A stretch of DNA of 64,000 bases from Schmidtea nova (taxonomy: Eukaryota): positions 461,528,001-461,592,000 of the forward strand of contig CM097882.1 in NCBI GenBank assembly GCA_044892505.1, read 5' to 3'. Position 1 is the first letter of the stretch. Every line of letters starts with the position of its first letter. Of this stretch, positions 12,069-23,081 are shown piece by piece. The notes under the pieces were generated by a model. The model ran no database searches and was not told the origin of the DNA. It saw nothing but the letters and a program-made list of their open reading frames with translations. The position numbers and the translations under genes were made by a program.

Positions 12069-13439
12069 TAGTTGATCTTGTCAAGTAAAGCAGACATTTT
12101 CAATATTTTTATTAGAAAAACAATAGATCCAATTTTTTTATAAAAAAAGTTAACTAATTTTTCAGCACAGCCTTTTTAAAGTCTGAATTCCAGTGAAATA
12201 TACAATGAAAAGATATTGATTTATAATCTTTATAAAAAATAAAAATGTCTGAAATTGAAATGAAAAGTTCAAAGGTGAAAATAAGAGACGTTGAAATAGA
12301 AATAGGTATCAAGTCTTTTCTTAAAAATATACCTTGAAAAGGTTCAGCAATAGGACCAACTGATAGCAGTCCATAATGATTAAGAATATACATCGTTATA
12401 TATGCAAAGAGAAAAATGAAGACAGTCATCATAAAGTCAGGGTTATCTTTTACGATAAAGATAAAAATATTTCAAAAATTAATATTTGTTCCTAATGTAT
12501 TTTCACTTCCATCTTGGAGGAACAAGGAGGAACTGCAAATATTTCGGTAAACGGTAAAAACGTGATCGGTTTCCTAATAAGTTATATAATTTTAATAAAG
12601 TATTTAAACAAGTTATTAAGTTGATTCATAATTGATGAAGTTTTTTACTATAAACTTCGAAGCGCTATAATTTGGTTAATGCTGGAATTTATTAATCAAA
12701 ATAAGATACACTTTAGCCAACGAAATAAAAGTTTGTTTATATAGTTAAAAAAAATTCTGGCTTCGGGAAAGTAACAAACTCTCGAAAGAAATTTTAGGCT
12801 GTATTCTAATTTCTGAAGAAATCACTAAGAAATTTGTTTAAATGTTTAAAAATATGAAAGTCTGTTACTGAGTGGTCACGTAAATGCAATAATAACTAAA
12901 AAATATTTTTTTAAATAAAGGCTACACGTGGTGCACCAAATATACACTCAAACTCGATATATTTAGTAAATGTAACTGAATGAAAAATTAATAAACCAAT
13001 ACATAAAATATATTTGATTAAAATATTCATTTGTTGCTTATTTGTAAACTTGTAGGATTTAAAACTGCTCTTCTTCTTTTAAACTTGTATTTTTTGTACT
13101 TCTTCTTTTAACTTCTCTTTTAGTGATTGTAACAAAATTGCTTTTTTAGTGCTTCCAACAAAATTGCTTTTTAGTGCTTCTTTCTTTAAACGTGCTTTTT
13201 GAACTAAATCTGTTTGCAAAATTCTTTTCTTCTCACAAAACTCCTCTTTAAAACAAAAATGCTTTTTTAAACAACCATTATATATATTGATATGTTATTT
13301 TTCTTTTATAATGTTATATAATTATAAATATATTTAATTAAATTTTAGCTACTTTTAATATATAAATAATAGTTAAATGACGGAGGCACTACAATTTAAA
13401 ATAATTACTTTATAAAATAGATATTTCAGGAAATTATAC

Positions 13440-15085
13440 TTAAACATGTATAGGTAATGAAAAGTGTACTTTTTAAAGCTATTTTTAGTTTGAAAACGAA
13501 TTTGCGATATATCATTATTGCGTCAGAAAATAGCAGAAAATGTTGAATTTCGAAGCGTTATATAAGGTTTCTGCTTTATAAGGAAACCAGTAATCAAGAA
13601 ATTATTGCACAACTGTAGAATGCTTACAAGAGTGAGTGACCTTGTAAATCAACCTTTTACAACTATATTCGTGATTTTAAAAGTGGGTGCACTGATGTTT
13701 TTGTTTTGGAAAAGTCAGGCGGGCATGTAGAAGTTATAAATGAGAAGAAAGAAATGCTGGAGAAAATCATTATGACAGACAGTCGCATTGTGAAAAGAAA
13801 TCTGACACAACGTCTTAACATCTCCAAAGGTATGTTGCATAACTTGTTGAATGAAATGGACATCAGGAAACAATGTTCACAATTTGTTCGACGAATTCTT
13901 ACTAGTGATATTCAACAAAAACGATCTAAGGACTGTTAGAAAAATTTGGAAATCTTTAAAAAACATGGTGAGTCCTATCTGAAACACATAATCAAAAAAG
14001 ATGAGAGATCCTCTGAGCCTATATATACCTGAAACTAAACGTGAACCTACCGAACAGAAAATACCAGAGGAGAAACCATCATTGAAAATGAGAACTGGTA
14101 CATCTCACGAAAATTATCTAATGAATTTCGCTGCATTAGATGTCAAAATCAAAAGCGACTGTTTGTACAACCGATAAAGAAAGCAAAAAGAAACCGGAAG
14201 AAAAGAGTAAATAATGAACTTTGGCTATTGCATCGTTTGAGAACCTTTTTTCAACCTAAGAGCCAAAACTATAAAAAATTCAAAATTCAAGTTCAACTGA
14301 TGTCTTATCAATTCAAAATAAATACAAAAATATTCATAAAATATATTATTCCAGTATTTAGTTTTAATGAAATTGATCAATGAAAGAAATTGTTCGCAAT
14401 TATATGTAAACCCAAAGATAATTAATGCAAGGTTTCTAGAATTTGGATCAATATTTGGCAGTGAATTACAACATTTGAAAATAATATCTTGTGCTATATC
14501 TTTCATTTCTGACTCGTTCATTGCAACCTGTGCAAGCATATCATCAAATTTATCAACCCAAATACTTTTATTCTTAATTTTTATAAGTTCTAATAATTAA
14601 ATTTCGACAATTTTAGGAAATTCGTAATAATTTCCAAATAATTTGCTTGGATAAATATTTTTTCCGAATTTTTAAATATCTAAGAAAGACGAATTTTTTT
14701 GAGGTAAGAGCCGGATGCGGTTGCGGAGCCGCTGGTTCACAACTCCTGGGCTAATGTATGACAATAGTAACAGCTGAGTTGTGTCGATTGTCACTGAAGC
14801 CTCAACACATAGTCCCGATCTCGCCCTTGGTGATTTTCACCTCTGCCGACAACTGAAGAAGGATTTGAAGGAAGTTCTGTATTTGTACCAGTGATTTGCA
14901 GCAGCATGTCACGGATCTACTGACTTTATACTCCAAAACCTTCTATGAAAAGGCAGTTTGTGTGGAAGTTGGCGGATGTTACATTGAGAAACAAATTTTT
15001 TCATGTTGCTTGTTCGTTGCTTAAAGTTTGAATGAATTGGTTGCTAATTTATTTTCGAGTCTAAGTACTTATTGGGCACACAACA
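13440..15085 (+). mobile_element. Degenerate mariner element interrupted by a hAT fragment
   Basis: HTH-like IRDFKSGCTDV..EKSGGH..IIMTDSRI...LNISKGMLHNLL; after the insertion HSPDLALGDFHLCRQLKKDL (YSPDLAPxD-type). Many stops. Confidence 0.7.
14230..14748 (-). mobile_element. hAT Buster-type 3' fragment inserted in the mariner
   Basis: IFKCCNSLPN...LALIIFGFTYNCEQFLS (FGSTYxCEQxFS motif); Buster-like end GCGGAGCCGCTGGTTCACAACTCCTG. Confidence 0.6.
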
Positions 15086-15319
15086 TAGATTAAAATTGTT
15101 TTTAGAGCACACGAATTTAAAGCACTGAATTTACACTTGAAATACACACTTGAAAAAGGCTGTAACGAAAATAGATAGATAAATATAGATATAAATATAG
15201 ACTATTATTATAATTTAGGAAATGGCGTTATGTAAGTTTTAATCTAGAAAAATCTAATCTTAAATCTTCTTCGTTTGACTTATTCGCTTCTTTATTTTTG
15301 ATAGATATTAGGGTTGATA

Positions 15320-16090
15320 AATTTAATTTTTCATGATTCAATGTTTTAATAGATAATTGTGGGTTGACACAATTTTAGCGAAAATTTGAAAGTGTCTCTA
15401 GGAAGTGTATAATATTCCATCAGCATCATGTTTATTATGAATGGCAAAAATAGAGAAGAAATACGTTCAGAGTTAAAAGCTGTTTATGGAGATCAGTGCC
15501 CATCAAAAACAACAATTTAACCATGTTACGAGAACTTCTACAATGGTAGAACCTCTTTTATCGGATATCACAAACTGATAGACACTGCGATGGTCTCTGT
15601 GTTTTTGGGATATGAATGACATTATTTTATTTAATTTTGCTTAACATAGTATTAAGATTGACAATTCCTACTCGAAGTAACAGGAAGCTCAGAAAAAAAA
15701 CCAGATCTTTTAAATGTATCTATTTACACGGTAATGCTCTCATTCACAAACTGAGCACTGTGGACTTGAATTGCCCGACATCATCTCTACTGCCTTGATT
15801 TGGCATCATCTGACTTTTACATGTCCAACCACTTTAAAAAGAGTTTGAGAAGCCATAAATTTGCTTCCAAAATATTTGAGAGGTGCAGTGACGGAATTTT
15901 TCACCGAAAAATTTACACATGTAATCTAAATCTCTACTCAACTTAGCCGACTGATAGGAAAAATATGTCCATATAAACGTAGAATATTTTGAGAAATAAA
16001 ACCTGTTACTCGATTGTAATGGAAAAATTAAATTCGTTGTATTTGATCATTCCTTTGTGAGTCTCACCACTCATCGGGCTCACCAAGTAT
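15320..16090 (+). mobile_element. Second degenerate mariner element
   Basis: EIRSELKAVYGDQCPSKTTI, LHGNALIH and PDLASSDFY motifs; its 3' part is similar to 44770-45050. Confidence 0.7.
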
Positions 16091-16138
16091 GCAATTTTTG
16101 CAAACAAATTTCGTTTACATTTCGTAAATATGACTTTA

Positions 16139-17636
16139 CAGGGTTTTTCAATTGAAATCAGATTTTTTTCAAATGAATTCAGAATATTTTCAAATGAAAT
16201 CAGAATTTTTTCAAATGAATTCAGAATTTTTTCAAATGAATTCAGAATTTTTTCAAACGAAATCAGAACTATTTTAAACGAAATCATAATTTCTTAAATA
16301 AATATGGGAACTTTTTAATTGAATTCAGAATTTAAATGGTTAATGAAATATTATATACACTTAAATGAAATCATGATTGAGTAAAAATTGGTAGTTAAAA
16401 CTTTTAATCAGAATTCTTCTCTTCTTACCGCCTTTAATGCAAACCTTCTCGTGTCGTTGAAAAATCCGATACAATCCTCCGTGGTTATCGAATTGTGTCC
16501 CATTTCAATAGCGTTTTTTAACTCGATTACATTTAGAACATTAGCCGATTTGACAATTGATTTCCATTTCGAGAAACACTCTTCAATCGGATTTAATTGC
16601 GGCGAATAGGGTGGTAAAAAGCGTAACGTAAATCCAGAATTATTGATCAAATCGCGTACACCAATACTTTTATGTATTGTACAATTATCCATTATAATCG
16701 TACCTGTCGATATTCCTTTCGATCGCAGATTTCCTATAAATTGAGAGACAAAATTTTCAAACTTCTCTGCATTGTATCCACCTTCTACAACTTCAAAATT
16801 CAAAATCGACGTTTTGCTGATTGCTGCGCACACTGAATAGTTTTTACTTCGTATACTTCTCACTTCTTTCCGAGCAGGCGATCCTACTTCGCTTCGTCCA
16901 TATCCCAATCTCATCGAGCAATTGAAACCGCTTTCATCAAGAAAAAAGACATGGTCCTCGTTTAATGCCAAATATTCATTGGCATACTCATACCTGCGCT
17001 CAATAGCTTCCGCAGTGTTGCGAGCAGCGGGAATTAGGGCTACTCGTTTAAAAGAGAAATTAAAGTCCTTGATCGACCTATGAATTGTGGCCAACGATAC
17101 GTTAACATTCATAGACTCACTCAAACTTCTTTTCATACATCTCAACGGAGTAGAACAATCATCGGAAATTTTTTCTTTTAAAAAAACTAAATGCTCTTTG
17201 CTCAATTTTTTGGACTTGCACCCTCTATCTTCGTTTTTATCAATTCTTCCTGTCGTTTTGTAAATGTTAATAATACTATAAACAGTTTTATAGTTCATAA
17301 CGAGATCTGCAGCAATTTTTTTTACGCTTTGGCCGGAATCAAATTTGATACATATAAGTTTTCTCGCAGCATTGCTCAATTGCGATTTTGTTGTTGGAGG
17401 TGTCATATGGTTATTAATTTTGAAAAATATTAATATTTTATGGATATTCTATATACATATTTGAATTTGATTTCGTTAAAAATAGTTCTGATTTCGTTTA
17501 AAATAGTTCTGATTTCGTTTGAAAAAATTCTGAATTCATTTGAAAAAATTCTGAATTCATTTGAAAAAATTCTGATTTCATTTGAAAATATTCTGAATTC
17601 ATTTGAAAAAAATCTGATTTCAATTGAAAAACCCTG
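16139..17636 (-). mobile_element. Intact Tc1/IS630-superfamily DNA transposon, 1498 bp
   Basis: TA TSD on both sides; 148-bp TIRs (16139-16286, 17489-17636) that read identical by eye and consist of 21-bp tandem units; uninterrupted transposase ORF. Confidence 0.95.
16408..17406 (-). CDS. DD34E transposase, 332 aa (IS630/Gambol-like)
   Basis: N-terminal HTH; FLDESGFN, IIMDNCTIH and FLPPYSPQLNPIEECFSKWK; 34 residues between the second D and E. Confidence 0.93.
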   Translation of the reverse strand: MTPPTTKSQLSNAARKLICIKFDSGQSVKKIAADLVMNYKTVYSIINIYKTTGRIDKNEDRGCKSKKLSKEHLVFLKEKISDDCSTPLRCMKRSLSESMNVNVSLATIHRSIKDFNFSFKRVALIPAARNTAEAIERRYEYANEYLALNEDHVFFLDESGFNCSMRLGYGRSEVGSPARKEVRSIRSKNYSVCAAISKTSILNFEVVEGGYNAEKFENFVSQFIGNLRSKGISTGTIIMDNCTIHKSIGVRDLINNSGFTLRFLPPYSPQLNPIEECFSKWKSIVKSANVLNVIELKNAIEMGHNSITTEDCIGFFNDTRRFALKAVRREEF

Positions 17637-18026
17637 TATTTTAAATTGTTTAAAATTAATTCTTTCCTGAATTGTAATTTTTCCATTATAATTAATTATA
17701 CTTCCATTGTATTTTTACAAACAATTGATACATTGAATGTTTATCTTTTAAATATATTTCCTTTTAAATGCAATAAAGCCGAGAGATTTTTTAAAGAAAG
17801 AAAACCTTTCAAAAATCATTCAAACTGTGTAAGTATTGAAAATAATTACTAAAACAAATTCAGTAAATAAATAAAAATGCATTCCTATTTTAAAGTGCAT
17901 TGATGCATAAAAATATAAAAAAGGCTTAATTAATTCAAAAAAAATATAATAATTTTTTTATCACATAACACAACAAGCATGGCACTAAAATAATTAAAAA
18001 CAAACGCCAATCCAAATATATATTTT

Positions 18027-18067
18027 GCACAATATATTTCGAGAACTTAATTCTCTTCATCAGGTGC
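18027..18067 (-). ncRNA. Minimal type I hammerhead ribozyme, core apparently intact
   Basis: GCAC-CUGAUGA-A-GAGAA(UUAAG)UUCUC-GAAA-UAUA-UU-GUGC: stem I GCAC/GUGC, conserved core, stem II, palindromic UAUA in place of stem III, as in PLE-associated minimal hammerheads. Confidence 0.8.
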
Positions 18068-19271
18068 TATCCAATTTTACATTCAAATCTAAATCAAATA
18101 AATCGATTTTTTCAAACAAATTAGTATTTAATTTTTAAAATAAAAAATATATTTTAAATTCCATATTAGTCAAAAAATTTAATACGATTAAAAAATTTTT
18201 TAATTTAAATAAATTAATCTTAAAAATATAATATTCTTTTATTTTTATACAAAAAATATTTTTTTAAGAATATATTATAAATATTTCCATATTTATAAAC
18301 AACAGAATGATTGAAAACGAAATCCATAATCCCCAATTGAAAATGCTCTAAAACTCGAGTACAGAAAAGACGGTCAGTCTTGTCCAAAGTATGTGGAATT
18401 ACGCCCATGACATTTGAAAAATTAAACGAGTATAGAACACAAATCAAAAGAAGAAAATAAACATCATCAACAACCACATCAGTTAATTTACTTTAACCGC
18501 AAAAAATGAAGCAAACACACGGACTCAAAACTCTCAAACTCACATATTCACAAACATCGACATGACTGAAAACAACGCAAATCTCATTAATTGACTCCGC
18601 TCTGAAACTCGAATACAGAGAAGACGGGCAGTCTTTTCCAATTCTAGGTTTTCTGTATTGTTCTTCGCTCTGTTCTCGTTTATATTTTCAAACGTCATGG
18701 GTGAAATGCCATATCAATTGGGGATAATTGTCTCATTAAAACAAAAATTGTAAAATAATTGATAATGCATTTGCCAAATCAATTTCCAAAGAAATATAAA
18801 TATTATAAAAAAACCTCAAAAAATGAAGCAAACACACGGACTCAAAACTCTCACACTCACATATTCACAAACATTGGCATGACTGAAAACAACGCAAATC
18901 TCATTAATTGACTGTCTTTTCCAATTCTAGGTTTTTCTGTATTGTTCTTTGCTCTGTTCTCGTTTATATTTTCAAACGTCATGGGTGAAATACCATATCA
19001 ATTGGGGATTATGGATTTCGTTTGCAATCATTCTGTTGTTTATAAATATGGAAATATTTATAATATATTCTTAAAAAAATATTTTTTTGTATAAAAATAA
19101 AAGAATATTATATTTTTAAGATTAATTTATTTAAATTAAAAAATTTTTTAATCGATTTAAATTTTTTGACTAATATGGAATTTAAAATATATATTTTATT
19201 TTAAAAATTAAATACTAATTTGTTTGAAAAAATCGATTTATTTGATTTAGATTTGAATGTAAAATTGTGTA

Positions 19272-19312
19272 GCACCTGATGAAGAGAATTAAGTTCTCAA
19301 AATATATTGTGC
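19272..19312 (+). ncRNA. Minimal hammerhead copy with core mutation (GAAA to AAAA), predicted inactive
   Basis: GCACCTGATGAAGAGAATTAAGTTCTCAAAATATATTGTGC; differs from the 18027 copy at catalytic G12. Confidence 0.7.
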
Positions 19313-20160
19313 AAAATATATATTTGGGTTGGCGTTTGTTTTTAATTTTTTTATCATGAGCATCTCTTATGATCTTTTCATTTCTGTTTTAAAAATTTTC
19401 ATAGATCAATTTTTTTTTAAAATGGTTCACAAATTCTCTGCATATCCTATTCCCAGTGTGTAGTAATTACATATCAAAAGAACTAAATACATTCTATAGT
19501 GAAATTTAAATTTAAAAAATTCACTGTTATTATTAAAATATTAAATTATAAATAGCTAGAACAAATTAACAAAAAGAAGATTGAATTTTTCAAACAAATT
19601 ATCCCTTAAAAGAAATTAAATAATTCATGTTGATAAATTAAAATAATTGTCTCATTAAAACAAAAATTGTAAAATAATTGATAATGCATTTGCCAAATCA
19701 ATTTCCACAGAAATATAAATATTATAAAAAAATATCCAAAAATAAAGTTTTAATTGACAGAATAAAAATTAAAAGTCAACTAGTGAAATAAAAACAACTT
19801 CTACCGACTGGATGACACGGTTAAATGCCCTTGTAATGTTTCTCGTGATTGTGGTGTTAATTGTTTTAATCAAAAATGCCGACAAGCGGTAAAGACGAAT
19901 TTTGCCATTTGAAATTTACTCTACGTTCAATCAACTGTAAATTTTTGTGGTAAATTTATTCACGGTCAAATGATTTCCTGTCTATCCTGTTGGAGATTTA
20001 TATTTAGCAAATTTTATATAATCAGTAAAAAATATCTGTTTAATCGTTTTTTTTTAAATTTGATTAGTATATCATCTTGCCCTTTCTCGCTTTAATTTAT
20101 ATTTTCAATATATAATTTCCGTTCTTCGAGAAAATATGTCATGAATATGTTCATTTTGAT

Positions 20161-21680
20161 CAGGGCTTCTGGAATGGACATGTTGCGGGTCATAGAAGTT
20201 TTCACCGTGAAAAATATGCGAGTTGTAACTATTAATAATGTTACTATTGTCAATTTTTTTCGGAGAATTAGAAATTAAAGTGAAAATAATTTATTAGGGG
20301 CAAATCCATTTCGAAATTTAAATTATTACAGTTTCTACGCATTTGCTGCTAAGCCAAGTTCATGTGATGTATTACACATTGCCATAAATATTTTGAGTGC
20401 GTAAGCAAGTTTAGTAACTTTGTTTTTGAGTTTATATAATATGTCACTCATAAATTTATTTTATATGTAGCATATATTTCAACCTTTATAGTGTAAATAT
20501 TTTCTTGGTGCACTATGCAGTGATAATTCATCATAAGTAAATTTTTGGAAACAATTGCATCGTCTTCTATTAATTTAACAAGTTCGATTGTTTTACCTAT
20601 CATCGTCGGGGCACCATCAGTATCTATACCAGATATTTTCCCAAAGGAAAAAAAATCGCTTCAACGTATGTTTTGCCGCTTCGTCTTTTAATGGCCATAA
20701 AGAAGCCATTTCTTTAGTGATATTATTTTCATCATCAATACCTATAATAAAAATTGCCAATTAGGCTGTATTAGTAGTATCAGTACTTTCGTCCACCACC
20801 AATGTATAAAATTTAAAATAATTATCTATTCTCCAAAATTGTTTTTATAGAATTTCCTATTTCACCAATTCGCCTGGCCATGGTTTGGTGCGATAAACTA
20901 ATTTTGGAAAAATCCTCTTTTCTTTCAGGGCAAATTATACCTGTCACTTTCTCCATACAAATCTTAATTAACTCACCATCGACATGTGGTTTTGATTTTT
21001 TGGCTATCAAGTTCGCAATCACATAACCAGCTTTTACAATAGAATCGGTTTGAGTTGTTACGCTTCTAAAATATATTTGTTCAGATAATAGACTTTTCTC
21101 AGTTGCATGATCTTATCTTTACGACATATTCCTTGATACACACTAAATTTAATATCATGCTTTGTCGTGTAATGTCTTTTTAAATTTTAGTCTTTGAAAC
21201 TGGCACAATATCCCTACAAATGAAGCCAAGGGCACTATTATTTGCTTCGACAAAAGAGTAGTCATCTGTCCCCTTTTCATTGAATAATCTTCTCTCTTTG
21301 TTAATTTTTCTTCTTTTTGCATTAGTTTATCTTGAGACATTTTGAAACCTACGTTTAAATTAAACAGAAAATAGACGTTAAATTAAAATGCAATGATTTA
21401 TATTATAAATTTCTATTTGTATTTCTATGTGATAATAAATTTGAATAAACACAATAACTTTAAAACGATTTTATGAATCTCTCATCGCTAAAGAAAGTTA
21501 GCAATTGAAAAATTCATCGCTTTTAAATAAGTAGCATAAGAAAATTGTATTTAAAAAGACATAAATGATATTTTAAAAACTCATTAAGTTAATAAGTTTA
21601 GAAATGTGTTTTGAGCCACATTTACAGCAGTGCTGGGCCACATGCGGCCGACGGGTTGGACTAGTATGCTTTACACGCTG
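20161..21680 (-). mobile_element. Degenerate hAT Buster (SPIN/GTF2IRD2-like) element
   Basis: IANLIAKKSKPHVDGELIKICM...ISLSHQTMARRI and VVDESTDTTNTA fragments; Buster-like end GGGCCACATGCGGCC. Confidence 0.8.
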
Positions 21681-22585
21681 ATCTGATATGTGACATACCA
21701 TGTGTATATAGCCTAAAGGACTTGTCAATAGGCATAAACCCATTTAAAAAACTCGTCCTGGCAATTTATATATACATTCTAGAGGACGAGTATACTCGCA
21801 TTAGGAAGCGAATGTTTATATACTTTTAGTTTAGAATGCTCGTAAACCCAAAGTAAAGGTACTTAAAGACACTTTAATTAAAATGAGCTTACCTATAAGT
21901 CAGTAAGCGGCCGATATAATAATTTCTAGTCATTCAATAATACGATATTTTACTTGAATTTCATTTTGAATTAAATCTTTTTCAAAATTTTTATTTTTAA
22001 TATATATTTAAAAAATTAAATTGATTTTAGTACTAAAAGACACTAAACACAGAGTACTTTTTTTGAAAAATTTACAAATTCTAAATGAATCATATCGTAT
22101 CTGAAAAAATTAGAATTTTGTTCTAAATTTCCATTGCCTTTACCCCTGTCCCCCTCAAAGTCATTGAACTGACGATCAGTAATTGCATGACTTCAATCAA
22201 CTCTTAAAAATACGAAGGAAACTTTTAATATAATGAAAAAAAAATAATTTACACTTTTTATAAATAAATTCACAACCAAAAACTCCCAAAATGCAATCGA
22301 AAGTCATAAAAATGCATAAAATAAAATGGAATAGTGAACAAAATAAAATATCAGTTTTAAACAAGACCACACAAAATGTGCAAGCTTGCAAATGTATCAC
22401 AATTTCGTTACTTTTTTTCATTAGTGAATAAAGTGGTAAATGTTACATGAATCTCGGAACGTTACAAGGACATGTGATTAAACATTATGGATAAATAAAA
22501 TATTTTTTTAGAATTATTCAATATAGTTTACAGGAAGAAAAATATTTTAATTCCTCATAATTTAAAATAATAATAAAAAAAACAA

Positions 22586-22797
22586 TTTTTGAAAATATAT
22601 TTTAGCAACATATTTCGACAGCTCAGCTGTACTCTTCGGCAATAAACAAATTCAATAAAATAAAAATTGATCATTTATTTTCGTTTATTATTGATTACAT
22701 AATCATATGTACAAAGTTTTATTTTATTGAATATGTTTATTGCCTTAAGATTACAGCTGAGCTATAGAAATATATTGCAAAATTATATTTAAAAAAA
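22586..22797. repeat. Short inverted repeat (about 80-bp arms), each arm with a decayed minimal hammerhead
   Basis: Minus arm TGC-CGAAGA-GT-ACAGC(TGA)GCTGTC-GAAA-TATG-TT-GC; plus arm TGC-CTTAAGA-TT-ACAGC(TGA)GCTATA-GAAA-TATA-TT-GCA. Confidence 0.7.
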
Positions 22798-22821
22798 GGT
22801 GATTTTTATGTGTAGTGCCTT

Positions 22822-22825
<4 letters not shown>

Positions 22826-22887
<62 letters not shown>
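22826..22887. repeat. (TA)n microsatellite
   Basis: Uninterrupted TA run. Confidence 0.98.
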
Positions 22888-22890
<3 letters not shown>

Positions 22891-22991
22891 CTTATATTAT
22901 AAATAATTTTAAGATGCATAACTTATATATAATTAAATTAAAAATATATACTTATTTATAAGCAGTTGTTTGAATAATGGAAAAAAACAGC

Positions 22992-23081
22992 AGAATATGA
23001 ATTTAGATAAATGCAAGCAACACCAAGTATATAAAGAGAATATGAATTTAGATAAATGCAAGCAGCACCAAGTATATAAAA
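22992..23081 (+). repeat. 45-bp tandem duplication
   Basis: AGAATATGAATTTAGATAAATGCAAGCA(A/G)CACCAAGTATATAAA twice. Confidence 0.9.

Larger units (their letters stand above)
17987..19351. repeat. Long inverted repeat, arms about 17987-18340 and 18998-19351 (Penelope pseudo-LTR-like)
   Basis: Arms are near reverse complements over about 350 bp and each carries a hammerhead motif; the spacer contains further duplicated pieces. Confidence 0.85.

Noticed and set aside
11614-12103. ORFs made largely of X (also around 25.9, 31.0 and 32.0 kb)
   Set aside because: Artefacts of N runs.
12154-12432. Hydrophobic ORF as membrane-protein exon
   Set aside because: F/I/L richness is expected from T-rich DNA; no motif or splice support.
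16006-16287. ORFs with NSFEKIL heptad repeats (also 17440-17670)
   Set aside because: These are translations of the 21-bp TIR repeats, not proteins.
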